From assembly GCF_000002075.1 (NCBI RefSeq), contig NW_004797307.1, positions 2,047,934 to 2,108,242 on the forward strand: 60,309 nt of DNA, read 5' to 3'. This document shows positions 48,501 to 58,740 of the stretch, piece by piece; the first letter of the stretch is position 1, and each line of letters starts with the position of its first letter. Position numbers and translations under genes: made by a program. The notes under the pieces were generated by a model, which had not been told where the DNA came from, ran no database searches, and saw only the letters and a list, made by a program, of their open reading frames with translations. Source of the stretch: Aplysia californica (lineage: Eukaryota).

Positions 48501-48881
48501 GCGAAGTGTGAGACGGGAGGGAAAGGAATAGAATACAGAAAACCCTGTTCTCAGATGTACTTGTTCTATATTATTTAGATCAACAGACTTTCAAAGAGAA
48601 TGCTCCCATTCATTGTCATTGTATTGTAAACCTACTGTAACTTGTAAGAGACCCAACCAAAAAAGACCCACATTTCTAGATTAAACCGGGGCTAAACCGG
48701 TCCTATTTAAGTTTTTTTCCTTTTAAGTCTTTTAAATAGCGTTGATGCCAAAGTATAAGTTTCTCACCTTTTTGCAGTTTTTTAATAGCCATGTCCGCAC
48801 AGGCTCGAACTGAGCAATTGTTTCTAACGATTCAAAATATTTTGCGTTCGGACTGCCGTCTTTCTTTCTCTGCAGCGCCAT
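15484..48881 (-). CDS. SMARCC2: SWI/SNF complex subunit SMARCC1/2 (BAF155/170, moira ortholog), whole multi-exon span
   Basis: N-terminal MarR/BRCT/chromo region, SWIRM, SANT, leucine zipper and P/Q-rich tail are all present and collinear with human SMARCC2. Intron phases are consistent except across gaps. Confidence 0.97.
15620..16395 (-). mobile_element. Family A element (15620-15797) and Nin-type SINE (15875-16395)
   Basis: Similar to the copies at 4596-4788 and 8164-8662. Confidence 0.8.
17718..18116 (-). CDS. SMARCC2: SMARCC Q/P/G/Y-rich C-terminal exon segment
   Basis: [13 protein letters not shown]...QQAANAT; donor ACGG|GTAAGT. Confidence 0.85.
18689..18951 (-). CDS. SMARCC2: SMARCC S/T/A-rich exon segment (may be continuous with 17718-18116 through the gap)
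   Basis: CCCTGCCAG acceptor, phase 0; [17 protein letters not shown]...; same frame on both sides of the gap. Confidence 0.75.
21562..21849 (-). CDS. SMARCC2: SMARCC exon
   Basis: [19 protein letters not shown]...PPQGPQ; 288 nt, phase 0/0. Confidence 0.95.
22565..22760 (+). mobile_element. tRNA-derived SINE (CORE plus Nin-like segment)
   Basis: GTAGCCTAGTGG A-box; TGTCCTTGGGAAAGACACTTTAC; ACGTTAAACTCGGAGGTCCCG. Confidence 0.6.
22794..22928 (-). CDS. SMARCC2: SMARCC leucine-zipper exon
   Basis: [45 protein letters not shown]. Confidence 0.97.
23270..23473 (-). CDS. SMARCC2: SMARCC exon
   Basis: DGEKASG...[16 protein letters not shown]; 204 nt, phase 0/0. Confidence 0.93.
25410..25547 (-). 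CDS. SMARCC2: SMARCC exon
   Basis: [11 protein letters not shown]...[11 protein letters not shown]; phase 1/1. Confidence 0.95.
25555..25665. repeat. ~33-bp minisatellite abutting an acceptor; related units at 26060-26220
   Basis: Unit AACAGGGAAACAGAGGTCACTTTTTTCCAACA. Confidence 0.85.
25672..26040 (-). mobile_element. Short retroelement family B
   Basis: Similar to 6550-6890 and 39165-39550. Confidence 0.8.
26776..27187. mobile_element. MITE with perfect 34-bp TIRs and ATTT TSD (Sola1-like)
   Basis: GTGAGGCAGCGTGGTGGAATCAGGCTCTCGTCAA and its exact reverse complement; ATTT on both sides, fitting the AWWT TSD known for Sola1. Confidence 0.85.
27302..27424 (-). CDS. SMARCC2: SMARCC exon
   Basis: [41 protein letters not shown]. 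Confidence 0.97.
27460..27706 (-). mobile_element. Family A element with duplicated tail
   Basis: Two tails (27460, 27525) and the family A 5' end. Confidence 0.8.
28168..28340 (-). mobile_element. Family A element inserted at a splice donor
   Basis: TSD ACAAATCTCACCCA at 28149-28162 and 28341-28354. Confidence 0.85.
28352..28550 (-). CDS. SMARCC2: SMARCC SANT-domain exon
   Basis: [58 protein letters not shown]. Confidence 0.98.
28710..28888 (-). mobile_element. Family A element
   Basis: TSD AGAAGCACAT. Confidence 0.85.
29535..29660 (-). CDS. SMARCC2: SMARCC exon ending at a GC donor
   Basis: [14 protein letters not shown]...[14 protein letters not shown]; AAG|GCAAGA. Confidence 0.88.
29981..30158 (-). 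mobile_element. Family A element
   Basis: TSD GATGTGTCTTTG. Confidence 0.85.
30496..30652 (-). CDS. SMARCC2: SMARCC SWIRM C-terminal exon
   Basis: [41 protein letters not shown]. Confidence 0.98.
30735..30905 (-). mobile_element. Older family A element
   Basis: Diverged, but with the same ends as the other copies. Confidence 0.7.
31799..31912 (-). CDS. SMARCC2: SMARCC SWIRM exon
   Basis: [38 protein letters not shown]. Confidence 0.98.
32255..32558. repeat. Compound ~40-45-bp purine-rich minisatellite
   Basis: Variants of AGCAAAAGAAGAAGCAAGCATAGCATAAGACAAAGCTATCCAC. Confidence 0.85.
33325..33410 (-). CDS. SMARCC2: SMARCC exon
   Basis: [29 protein letters not shown] (human PVKGGTMTDLDEQ). 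Confidence 0.93.
33800..34315 (-). mobile_element. Nin-type tRNA SINE
   Basis: Similar to 8164-8662. Confidence 0.8.
34672..34799 (-). CDS. SMARCC2: SMARCC exon
   Basis: [42 protein letters not shown]. Confidence 0.93.
34962..35080. mobile_element. Palindromic MITE with 6-bp TSD
   Basis: Same family as 1724-1877; TTTCAT on both sides. Confidence 0.8.
36273..36441. repeat. 24-bp minisatellite, ~7 copies
   Basis: Unit CCATTTGTGTCATGGAGATTAACA. Confidence 0.95.
36930..37033 (-). CDS. SMARCC2: SMARCC exon (basic, NLS-like)
   Basis: [34 protein letters not shown]. Confidence 0.92.
37412..37465 (-). CDS. SMARCC2: SMARCC 54-nt exon
   Basis: [18 protein letters not shown]; CCTCCAG acceptor, GTGAGT donor. 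Confidence 0.85.
38594..38677 (-). CDS. SMARCC2: SMARCC exon
   Basis: [28 protein letters not shown]. Confidence 0.96.
39165..39550 (-). mobile_element. Short retroelement family B
   Basis: Similar to 6550-6890. Confidence 0.8.
40205..40277 (-). CDS. SMARCC2: SMARCC exon 6
   Basis: [24 protein letters not shown]. Confidence 0.93.
40646..40718 (-). CDS. SMARCC2: SMARCC exon 5 (chromo-like)
   Basis: [24 protein letters not shown]. Confidence 0.94.
42062..42761. mobile_element. Non-autonomous piggyBac-like element
   Basis: TTAA|CACATTACACCCTAA ... TTAGGGTGTAATGTG|TTAA. Confidence 0.85.
43402..43652 (-). CDS. SMARCC2: SMARCC exon 4
   Basis: [25 protein letters not shown]...KRHQGTV. Confidence 0.97.
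44291..44376 (-). CDS. SMARCC2: SMARCC exon 3
   Basis: [29 protein letters not shown]. Confidence 0.97.
44456..44800 (+). mobile_element. CORE-type tRNA SINE with L2-like tail
   Basis: GTAGTCTAGTGG A-box; GTCCTTGGGAAAGGCACTT; tail TGTAAAGCG...GCGCTATACAAA. Confidence 0.7.
44923..45042 (-). CDS. SMARCC2: SMARCC exon 2
   Basis: [40 protein letters not shown]. Confidence 0.97.
46585..46934. mobile_element. MITE with ~85-bp imperfect TIRs and 8-bp TSD (Merlin-like)
   Basis: GG(G/C)ACTAGTCG... termini; CATGTGTT at 46577-46584 and 46935-46942. Confidence 0.8.
47780..48270. repeat. Palindrome array plus ~170-bp degenerate duplication
   Basis: TAAGTACGGCTAGACTG-G-CAGTCTAGCCGTACTTA and variants. 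Confidence 0.85.
48768..48881 (-). CDS. SMARCC2: SMARCC exon 1
   Basis: [38 protein letters not shown] (human MAVRKKDGGPNVKYYE...); AAG|GTGAGA donor. Confidence 0.96.
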
Positions 48882-49339
48882 TTTGATTCAGAGCGTGGGC
48901 AGTTCAGCAGAAAATGGGGTTGCTTTTTTTTCTAGGCTAGGCCTAGGCTAGGCCTACGCCAAGGTCTTTCCCTTTGATTGACATCCGTCCACAATACCTT
49001 TGTTTTAATAAAATCGAATAAAACATTACAAATAATAAATAACATCAACTTTTTATTTTAGTAGTAGGCTAATGTTAGACAATTATTTATCCCCACTTGT
49101 CAGGCTTGTGCCAATTATTTTCGTCTTCGAGAAATTACTGTAAAACACGCAATGTTTTCATGCGGTTCAAATTTTTAGTTCTTGTCTAGGCCTACCATTG
49201 TGAAGCGCGAGGTTCTACTCCGCAAGTTGTGTGCTCGTATGAGCGTAGCCAATTTTTGTTACTTTGTACGTGAGGCCTACTCAGATTTGTTTATTTTATT
49301 TTGAGTCTCAGGGCTGAACATTTCGCAACTTATAATGAT

Positions 49340-50284
49340 GATAATAATAATAATAAAAATAATAAATTATATTTATAGCGCTCGACACCCCGAATAAAGT
49401 ACACAGGCTCTGGGCGCTTTACAATATAGTACAACAGTAACATAAAACGTTGCTCTAACCTAGGATTTCTCTGAGAAGGCCTAGGTTCTAACTAAAGAAA
49501 ATTATTCCAAATATTCATCTTATTAATTAAAAACAGAAACGACTTCACCTGACATTTGAATAAATCAAAAGATTTCATCTCTCTCGAAGTACATATACTT
49601 GGTAAAGCATTCCAGATCTTGGGGCCTTGGTATTCAAATGCCCTTTCACCATTTGTTTTATGTTTCATAGATGGTAAAATAAATTTCTTTTTGTCAGCTG
49701 ATGACCTTAAACTGAGAGTTGGAATGTACAGTCCTAACAGATTTGATAAATTTGATGGTGCATTATCATTCAAACATTTGTGACATAGGGTGGCCAACTT
49801 GTACACAATCCTTTTCTCAACAGGAAGCCAACGCAAAGTTCGTAAAAGAGGTTTAGCAGAGTCTCGCTTTCTTTTCCGTAAAGCTAAACATGCAGCAATG
49901 TTTTGGAGAGTTTGAAGTCTTTTAACTTTCTCCAGTGATATTCCTGATAACAAGGAGTTACAATAATCGGGTAGTTTTGATAAAATTAAGCAAGTTACTA
50001 TAGTAAAGCAGTATACTTAGTATTGATCAGATGACGTATTTTACTTATTTTTCTTATTTCTAAATACATGCAGCTGATCAGATGATTTACCTCAGCCGAC
50101 ATTGACAAACTGGAATCAAAATAGATGCCAAGATTCTTAACTTTTCTAGAAAATACAATTTTTGCATCACCAATTGTAATGTGATCCAGACTTTGCATTG
50201 CCTGCCAGAATGACTTTTGTTTTATTATCATTTAACATCAATTTATTTTTGTTCATCCTGTTTTTCACTAAGGCAATACAATTT
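49340..50284 (-). mobile_element. L2/Crack-group LINE, 3' portion, decayed
   Basis: VKNLGIYFDSSLS, RLQTLQN, LRTLRWLPVEKRIVYK, LRSS, GERAFEYQGPKIWNALP; 3' stem region and (TTA)n tail. Confidence 0.9.
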
Positions 50285-50625
50285 NNNNNNNNNNNNNNNN
50301 NNNNNNNNNNNNNNNNNNNNNNNNNNNNNNNNNNNNNNNNNNNNNNNNNNNNNNNNNNNNNNNNNNNNNNNNNNNNNNNNNNNNNNNNNNNNNNNNNNNN
50401 NNNNNNNNNNNNNNNNNNNNNNNNNNNNNNNNNNNNNNNNNNNNNNNNNNNNNNNNNNNNNNNNNNNNNNNNNNNNNNNNNNNNNNNNNNNNNNNNNNNN
50501 NNNNNNNNNNNNNNNNNNNNNNNNNNNNNNNNNNNNNNNNNNNNNNNNNNNNNNNNNNNNNNNNNNNNNNNNNNNNNNNNNNNNNNNNNNNNNNNNNNNN
50601 NNNNNNNNNNNNNNNNNNNNNNNNN

Positions 50626-50676
<51 letters not shown>
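50626..50676. repeat. (CT)n microsatellite
   Basis: Read directly. Confidence 0.95.
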
Positions 50677-50678
<2 letters not shown>

Positions 50679-52289
50679 GTCGTATTAATCAAGGAACAAC
50701 ACCCAAATCGTGTCCTCTTTTTTGCCATCACGGTGTTCACAAAGCACGTTATAAAATTTAGACTGAAACCTTCTTTCAAGATTAACTAGTAAATCTAATA
50801 ATGAAACAAATAATAATATTTCGTCAATCAAAAACTGATTTTGACCTTGCACTTCCAAGGAGGGAGAGAAGTTATAGCCCTTGTGTTCGTGTGTAGCTGA
50901 TAAAGAGAGTAAAGTAACAGAATCTATATGAAGGAACCCGATCACAATTCACAATGGCACAGTTTGTAGCACATAGCAACACTTTTCTTTTACCTAAGGC
51001 GGTGTCCGCATCTGCATATTATAGAGTATCAGTGTTACAATAGTTTGGGTGTTTTTTTTTTACTTTTTCAAAAAAAGCTCTGCTTGTCTCTTTCAACAAA
51101 AGAGGAACAAGAAAAGTAAAACAGAAAGAGAAGGAAAGTGCACTGACAGCTGTTTAACTGGTTTAAAATTGTTTTGCTATAGTGTCGAGCTTGAATTGCG
51201 TAGAGTGTGATGCTTTGGGATTTCTCCTTTTCCATTATTCTAAGCAACTTATCAGTCCTTCGTTTACCTCCCACCTATGTTGTTTAACTGTCAACACTTT
51301 CATAAAAATCATATTATTGCTTCTCCCTATACAAGAGTATGCAAATCGTAGGTCCCTAAAGATGCATAAATAATAGTATTTGTTTTATGTAAGCAGAATT
51401 CATGCTCCGTGTTAAATGTCCTTCAGAAATGCTGTTTAAAAGTTTGGCATTTAAAAAAGAAAATGATGTTTGAACTACGTAAAGATGCCTTATCGGTTGT
51501 CGCAAAGGACATTCCAGTGGTTCCCGCGTGAACTTTGTTAGTTTTGAAGCACTGATCTCGAATATGACATTTTGTTCCCCCTCAGAATTTATTTTTTAAT
51601 TTAATTTAATTTATTTTTTTATTTTTTGTATTTAGCTGTCCTTGAGCTAGGCCTATGGCTGATGAGTGACCACTCGACCCGACTCAAATGCCGTATTTCA
51701 AACGACCCGTCTGGCTTGGTGGACACACTCAAATGGAATTCCCACTGAAACTAGTCTTCCAATTCAACAGGCGTACGCGTTTTCATCCCTATCTTCCTCT
51801 CACATTTCGTTTTCGTCCCTCTTTCTTCAGACGTGATTTTGTCCTTTTTTGCCTCACTTTTGCAATAACACACACACACACNNNNNNNNNNNNNNNNNNN
51901 NNNNNNNNNNNNNNNNNNNNNNNNNNNNNNNNNNNNNNNNNNNNNNNNNNNNNNNNNNNNNNNNNNNNNNNNNNNNNNNNNNNNNNNNNNNNNNNNNNNN
52001 NNNNNNNNNNNNNNNNNNNNNNNNNNNNNNNNNNNNNNNNNNNNNNNNNNNNNNNNNNNNNNNNNNNNNNNNNNNNNNNNNNNNNNNNNNNNNNNNNNNN
52101 NNNNNNNNNNNNNNNNNNNNNNNNNNNNNNNNNNNNNNNNNNNNNNNNNNNNNNNNNNNNNNNNNNNNNNNNNNNNNNNNNNNNNNNNNNNNNNNNNNNN
52201 NNNNNNNNNNNNNNNNNNNNNNNNNNNNNNNNNNNNNNNNNNNNNNNNNNNNNNNNNNNNNNNNNNNTACTTAAATGTAGAAGTGGGGT

Positions 52290-54010
52290 TTTAGGAAGAC
52301 GGGGTGCTCCATGCTTCCTCGCCCCTCTTCATGAAAGTCCATTTCAGTGTGGGCAGGCTGATTGTCTCCATCATCAGCTGGTTGTTGTAGCGTCTGATGG
52401 GGTCCCGCAGGCTGCTTCTCCTACCTTCACCAGGCTGTACTCCTTTCGCAACCCTCCTTCTTGAAGGAGTCCTCTCCACGGCTGCTGGCTAGGTGATCTC
52501 GGACAAGGGCCACTACAGTTGGAGGGTCAAGGGTAAGCACCCCTTCTGTGTTTGCGGAGCCTGCTAGCTTATCTTCTCTTTCTTTTCCCTTGACTCCTGC
52601 ATGTCCTGGGTAGAAAATCCACTGCCAGTGTCTGATTTTGCTGTCTTGGATTGTCTTAAAATAGTCTTGAACCAATCTGCATAGAGGCTGCCGGACAAGA
52701 TCTTATCCAGAGTACTAATTGAGTCTGTAACAAAAGTAGCCTGCTGGTATCCATTAGTGCAAAGCCATTTCAGAGCCTCATTGATTGCCTTTATCTCCAT
52801 GCACATGCATGATATGACGAGGCCCGTTGCCCCAGATGCCTCCTGGATTGTTATTCCTTGGCAAGAAGTCGTGTAAGCCCAGCCCAATTTGATCCCACGC
52901 TGAACAGAGCCATCAGTGAAGATGTTGGTTTTATCCTCTCTGTAGTTCTCTTTAATTAAAGTCTGGATTTCTGCATGTGTTGCACCTTCAGGCCCGTCAC
53001 GACATTCACGCCCAAATGTAGCAATCACCTGAGTGAACCTGTCTTTCACCTCATCCGCAAGTTGTACCCGTGTTTTCCTTCATCTGATTGCCCCCACAGT
53101 GAGACCACACTCTTCAATGGTTTGCATTGCCTGGGTCATCCACTCCGTGCCTCGTTTAAGTCTTGGGTTAGTTTGACGACTTACTTTGTCATGAAGAAGA
53201 TTCTGTGGATCTGCGCAGACTTTCAGATAAGCTTTGAGCTGAGCGAGCTTGTCTTTCGTTCATGCCGGATAGGCCTACATTGCAGTAGCTGATGTATCTT
53301 TTGTGCAACCGAGTATGGCTCTCGATTCCTTCATTCTGGATCACGTTCAGCCTTCTACGTTGCGTCTTGGACAGTGTCAGTAGACCAAAACCACAATCTA
53401 CCTGAGACAAAACAAGCATGTCAAAGAGTAAGACCAAATTTCTCTGCGGCATCTTGTCTCTCGGCATCACCTTCACTACATCCAGCCCTTTTCTGACTTT
53501 TGTGATGATTTTCAATATGTGCTTCTTTCCACTCAATGTCCTGTCAAATACTATTCCGAAATAGCGCAGTGTTTTTTCTCTTTTGATTGTCTGGCCTTTG
53601 ATGTAGACATCTGGCATCTGGGCTTTCACTGCTCGATTGTTGAGAGAGCACCAGAATACTGTCGCTTTTCCAGGATGGATTTTGTCTTTATTTCCTTCAC
53701 ACCATACTCCAATCCTATCAATCTCTTTCTGTATACTGCTAGACCGTCATCCACAAAGCTTAGTGTCCTGCCAGGGCCCTTCCAATTGGTTAGAAGCGAT
53801 TCCTATTGTATAAACGTTGAACAAAATAGGTGATAGGGCAAAGCCTTGAGGTAAGCCAGGTGCGATTTTGTCGTGCAAACGTTTGATGCACATGAGCCAA
53901 GCCTCATAGACACCCTCCTCTTCAACATTGCTTCTCCATTTCAGATAATCAAAGCTAGGGTGATTCTCATGTTGACTAGCGTCCTCATATCAGTATATTC
54001 TCGTATTGTA
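52290..54010 (-). mobile_element. Decayed non-LTR retrotransposon with RT and RNase H (I/Ingi group)
   Basis: GLPQGFALSPILFNVY, SFVDDGL, YFGIVFDRTL (RT); IFTDGS, EIKAI, FVTDS, GHAGVKG (RNase H); several frameshifts. Confidence 0.9.
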
Positions 54011-54402
54011 CCCTTCATAAGAAGTCATGTATACGTCACAAGGGAGTGATTGGTATCTCCTCAAACAATTACCAATAGCCCGTTGGCAAACTGACAGTTA
54101 CGCATCGGATTATCTCTTTTGATTCAGTCTGATATAAGCTCTGGTGTGCAAACGTGGGAAAGGGGGGGGGGGGGGGCGGGCATCAGGGTCTTTACGCTAA
54201 AATAAAATGTATCTCTAGAATTATGAACACTGGGTTTTCTCCGCGTATTATAATGGCATTTTTTTTAAAATCGGAGGGGCAATAGCAGTTAATATAGTCT
54301 GATCTAAACGGGATGAAAACGCGTTGGGACTAGAATGGGTACAATACCAACACAAAAATTTTGTGACGAACACGGATTCGATTCTACAATTTCGTCTACA
54401 TG

Positions 54403-55800
54403 CAGGGTGATCCAAAAACAACAACTTTACAACTTGTTTTTTAAATATCTTCCGCCATACTAAAGTTTTGCGTTTCAGATTTTAACATAACGTTTGGAAG
54501 CCAAAAGGAATTTGTCTGATATGTATTTTAGATAAGTCCATTAAATGGTTTTGCTCTATATAACGCATTACCCCCCCCCCCCCACTTTCAACCTTATCGC
54601 CATTTTCATAGCATGACGCACCAGTTCGCATTAGGCCTGCCACTAAAAGTTGCAACAATCACGCCATATTGCAGGCTACAGCACTAACAATTCAACAGAA
54701 ATCTGCAGATATTATTTTTCCAAAATTGTGTTCGCCTGCTTAGATCAGGGTTACGTTTAGTAAAGAACAGGGCGCTTTTTGTATTGAACATTACCTCTCC
54801 ACTAACTCACCATCCCTGACATTCCGTAAATTCAGCGCACGTCATGGAGAAAATGCTTAGGTACCCTCAAGACCTTTGGCGTCTTGAGTAGAGAAGTTCC
54901 GTCAGTTTGGATCTACAGCAAATCAGAACTAAAAAGTTCTTTAAAACTTGACCACTTCATGTCGAACACGCACCATGCGCAGCCCTTTAAACGTCACCAG
55001 AGTGCACATTTCAGTAACCGAGTCCGTAGGCGATCTGCAGCTAGGACTTTCCTACACCTCAACAGTCTGCATTCTCATGGCATATATTAACCTAAGACTA
55101 TACCATGTTTATCTTCGCAAGGCCGAGATGACATGGAACAGGGCATGGCAATGTGTTCAGGATTCCTCGATTGTCTTGTAAAGAGGGATCATTTCCTCAA
55201 TGACATAATTTGGTTTAGTGCAAAGCCCATTTTTACCCTGCAGGATATGTTAACTCCAAAGATGCTGTCTATTGGGCACCCCACTCTATTGTCTCTAGAA
55301 GCCACTTGTTAGTGAACATGTGCAGTGTATGTGGCTTTAAGAATTCATAGTTTAACAGGTCCTCGTGTAAGGGCGCCACTGAACATTTCGAACGACGCGT
55401 TAAAAATGTGTCGAGTCCAAAGGTGGGAATGTGGAGCACTGCTTCTAGGAATTTCAGAATGAAATCATTGGGTTTTTAAAACTCTGTAGAATAATTAAAA
55501 TATTGTTTAAATATCACAGGGGTGGAAAATTAATGTCAAAGAGAAAATGAAGAAAAAGGTCAACTAATCTTTTCACGACTTCCTTTACAAGATTTTAAAA
55601 CATTGGTGAACTTTGCGTTTTTGGGTGCTTTTTTCTTTAAGCCGTTTCCGTTTTCAAAACATGTTTCTTCTTCGTATATTTTATATCAAGCAAATCCATT
55701 TTGAATGAATTATGTCTGTTCCAAATTACAGCATTCTAGAACAATTTTTTGCGCGAGATATTCAGAAAAAAAGTTGTAAATTTTTTTTTGGATCACCCTG
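54403..55800 (+). mobile_element. Decayed Tc1/mariner-family transposon
   Basis: TIRs CAGGGTGATCCAAAAA / TTTTTGGATCACCCTG|TA, 1.4 kb long; relic FSKEQGAFCIEHY resembles a mariner-type transposase N-terminus. Confidence 0.75.
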
Positions 55801-56479
55801 TACATGGCGTATGTATAACTTTAACCCATTTTCTGAGAGACGGTCGACTTATGGACGATCTACTTTGGTGGGCAGTCAGGGTTAGTGTTCCTTTGCGGGT
55901 TATTCCTCAGTTTAATAATCAATACTTTTATTTTGTGGGGCAGGTGGCGAGAAAAGACCCAATAATATAAGCCGTTGTTTGTTGTTGTTGTTGTTGTTGT
56001 TGTTGTCTATTTTCTTTTTTGATAATTTTTTGTTACTTATATTTTGAATTCTGCCTTTGAGCCTCAGCCGGCAATGTCTTTATAATAATATTATAATTAT
56101 ACATAATACATAGAGCTACACATTTTGAACTTGGCCGTCATGTCATTTTGTACTATACATGTACTTTAAACTCTTTCATTTTCCCAAAGCGAGCATGATC
56201 AACAAACTCTTAGGCCTAAACTTGAAGCCAAGAAGAAATCAAACAAAATGACGGTCTAATTTTCAATAACGGATGTTTTTTTTAAAGTTCTCATCAAATC
56301 TGAACTAAATCGTAAGAATGTGTGCTATAGTTGCGAAAGTAAAAGCAAGAGCTGTTTTAGAGTGGAGGCGCGAACAACCGTTTTGTGACTTGTGGAAAGC
56401 AGTGTGGTCTAAAGAAGCCAGGCCTACACTAGGCCTAAAAACGCAATTTTCAACTTTTCAGTGTTTACGGTAATTCAAC

Positions 56480-56660
56480 GATTTACCCAATGGCTTCGCC
56501 TCATTCATATTCAGTAAGGCTTTGTGAACTCTGACCTGCACCTCTAGCCAATCATCTAATTCCCCGTAGAGGGGTCTGAATATTGAAAAAGCTTCGCTAC
56601 AAGAAGCTCGTGTTGTTTGTAATGGTTATTGTGAATCAACTTTGCCGCCATGACAGGGGC
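56480..56660 (+). promoter_or_regulatory. Probable KANSL1 promoter region
   Basis: Two CCAAT boxes (~56487, ~56548) and a GCCGCCAT motif in repeat-free sequence upstream of the CDS. Confidence 0.35.
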
Positions 56661-57310
56661 CGCAACGTACGTTTACTGAAATGATGAATTTGTGCTGTTT
56701 TTCTGTTGCTCTGATTTTTCCGACTTGATGGATTGAATTAATTGTTTATTGTTAAGTGATTTGTGTCAGAAATATTGCAGCTGTGGTTCGCCATGACTTT
56801 GGAAATCGCGAGAGTCTCAACATCCTTCTAATCATAATGCGGTTTGCAAGGACGTGGCCTGATCACGTGGTTCTACTGTTATGTTATGAGGCAAGCGTAG
56901 CAGTGCTTTGTAGGGCTGGGCCAAGTTGAAGTGAAAACCACCGTCTTGCCCAATGCTACTTGTTGTCAGCCTCGGGGACAATTCGCATTTGTTTTTTGGA
57001 ATCTCACCGATGATACTATCTGGGACATTCGTATGTGTGCTTGAAGAAGACCAGGTTGCAACAGCAGGTTTTTGTTTTGACAAGTGAAGAATAACCTCTC
57101 CTTTTTCCTGTTATTTGCGAAAAAGTCACGTGCTTTTCATAGTCTGTGCTTGTCCCACTTTCACATCAAAATGACAGCGTGCTTCAGTTCATTGTCATAG
57201 CGGAAATTGTATGGATATAAATCGTGCAAGCTGTGTTCACTCGTAGATCTATGTTGCAAAACATAAGATCAGATATCCTTTTTTAAACCTTCTGTTTTGG
57301 ATGCGTTTAT

Positions 57311-58740
57311 ATGTCGGGTTCATCAACTCTGAGGATATGTTTGGCCGCAATGGCACCGGCGCTGACTGAAGCGGCATCAGCGCGACTAAAACTTCAAGAC
57401 ACTTCAGTTAGGAACGAGCCGCCTACAAGGAACACGGACATAACTGAACACTCCGTGGCTTCTCGTCTATTGCCCTCAGGGAAAGAACGATCAGCTAGGA
57501 CCAAGGGGGATTTAAATTTCCCGAGTAAACTGGGTGGATCAAAGGAGGGGCAACTGTCCCACCTGTCATTTGTCAACGTGAAAACCGACAACAAAGTTAA
57601 CGGGACTCACTTTGACCCAGAGGCGAGGTCACCCCGTCGGGGGAACACTAAGGCAACGCAATACCAATTATCAGCGTCTATTGCTTTACCAAGCAAAAAG
57701 CTGCCAGGGTTGACCACTGTGAATTTGAAAGAGTCTCAGTTTGATCAGTTTTATAAAGTTTCAGAGGATTTTCAGATCAGTCCTGTGAAAGACAAAGATA
57801 CATTTATTGAAAATTTAAAAATAATGAATCAGCCGCAAAAAGCAGCTGAAAAACAAGTTGATTCCAATAAAGTAGTAGACAGTGGTGTTGCAAAGACAGG
57901 TTTAGTAAGTTTTAAAAGATCAGATCCCCTTAAATCAGGTATGGTGAATGGGGACAATGATGATCTGAGGGAGAAATCAGAAAATCGACTGACTTTGAAC
58001 GAGTGTAACGAGAAAGGTGATGCTGGTCTGGGAAGAAGCATTTTGGAAGGGTTAGCGTCAAAATTGTCAAATAGGGAGGAATCTCTAAAACAGTCCAGCA
58101 GCATGGGTGTATACATAAAAGAAGACAAACTACTTCCTCATGTGGAGTCTGAAGGGAGCTCCAAGTTTGAGGTGAAAGAAGTTCACATGGAGGAAAAGAT
58201 GAATGAGGAAATGAGGAAAGATTGCATGAAGAAGCAAGCTTATCTTGAAAAGAAAGTTGATACACTTTTGAGGAGAATGAAGAGGATGAAAGGAAAAGTG
58301 GTTGAAGCTCACACAAAGGAGCAGCTCCGACAGTTTGTCAACTACCAACACAGAAATCTCCAGATGGTTGCCAAGACAATAAAAAAGGAAGCACCGGGAC
58401 CAGAGGAGCTGAAAGAACATTTCCTGAGCAATGAAGAAGTGAAAAACATGTCCACTGCGCAGCTGGTGAAGCTGGTAAAAACTCACCAGTCAAACAAACC
58501 TGTTGCTCCTGTAGACAATTCTTCGATGCGGGTAGCAATGGGCAGCAGCAGTAGTGCTGTTTTCATGGACCCATCTATCCGTAGCCAGGCATCTCGGACT
58601 TCAGAGAGACTGGCTCATAGCATACAGACTGCCAGGTCAGAGCTCGATTCTGATGCAACTGCCAGTAGTTCTGGTGGTGAAAGTGGAGACGAAGATGGGA
58701 TTCCATCTCAGCTGCCTTCAGATGTCGCTTTGCCAGCCCT
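57311..58740 (+). CDS. KANSL1: KAT8 regulatory NSL complex subunit 1, first large coding exon
   Basis: AAMAPALTEAA (human MAAMAPALTDAA), a coiled-coil LLRRMKRM segment and DSDATASSSGGES (human DSDVTDSSSGGES); donor CCCT|GTAAGC at 58741; the gene continues beyond the window. Confidence 0.9.
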
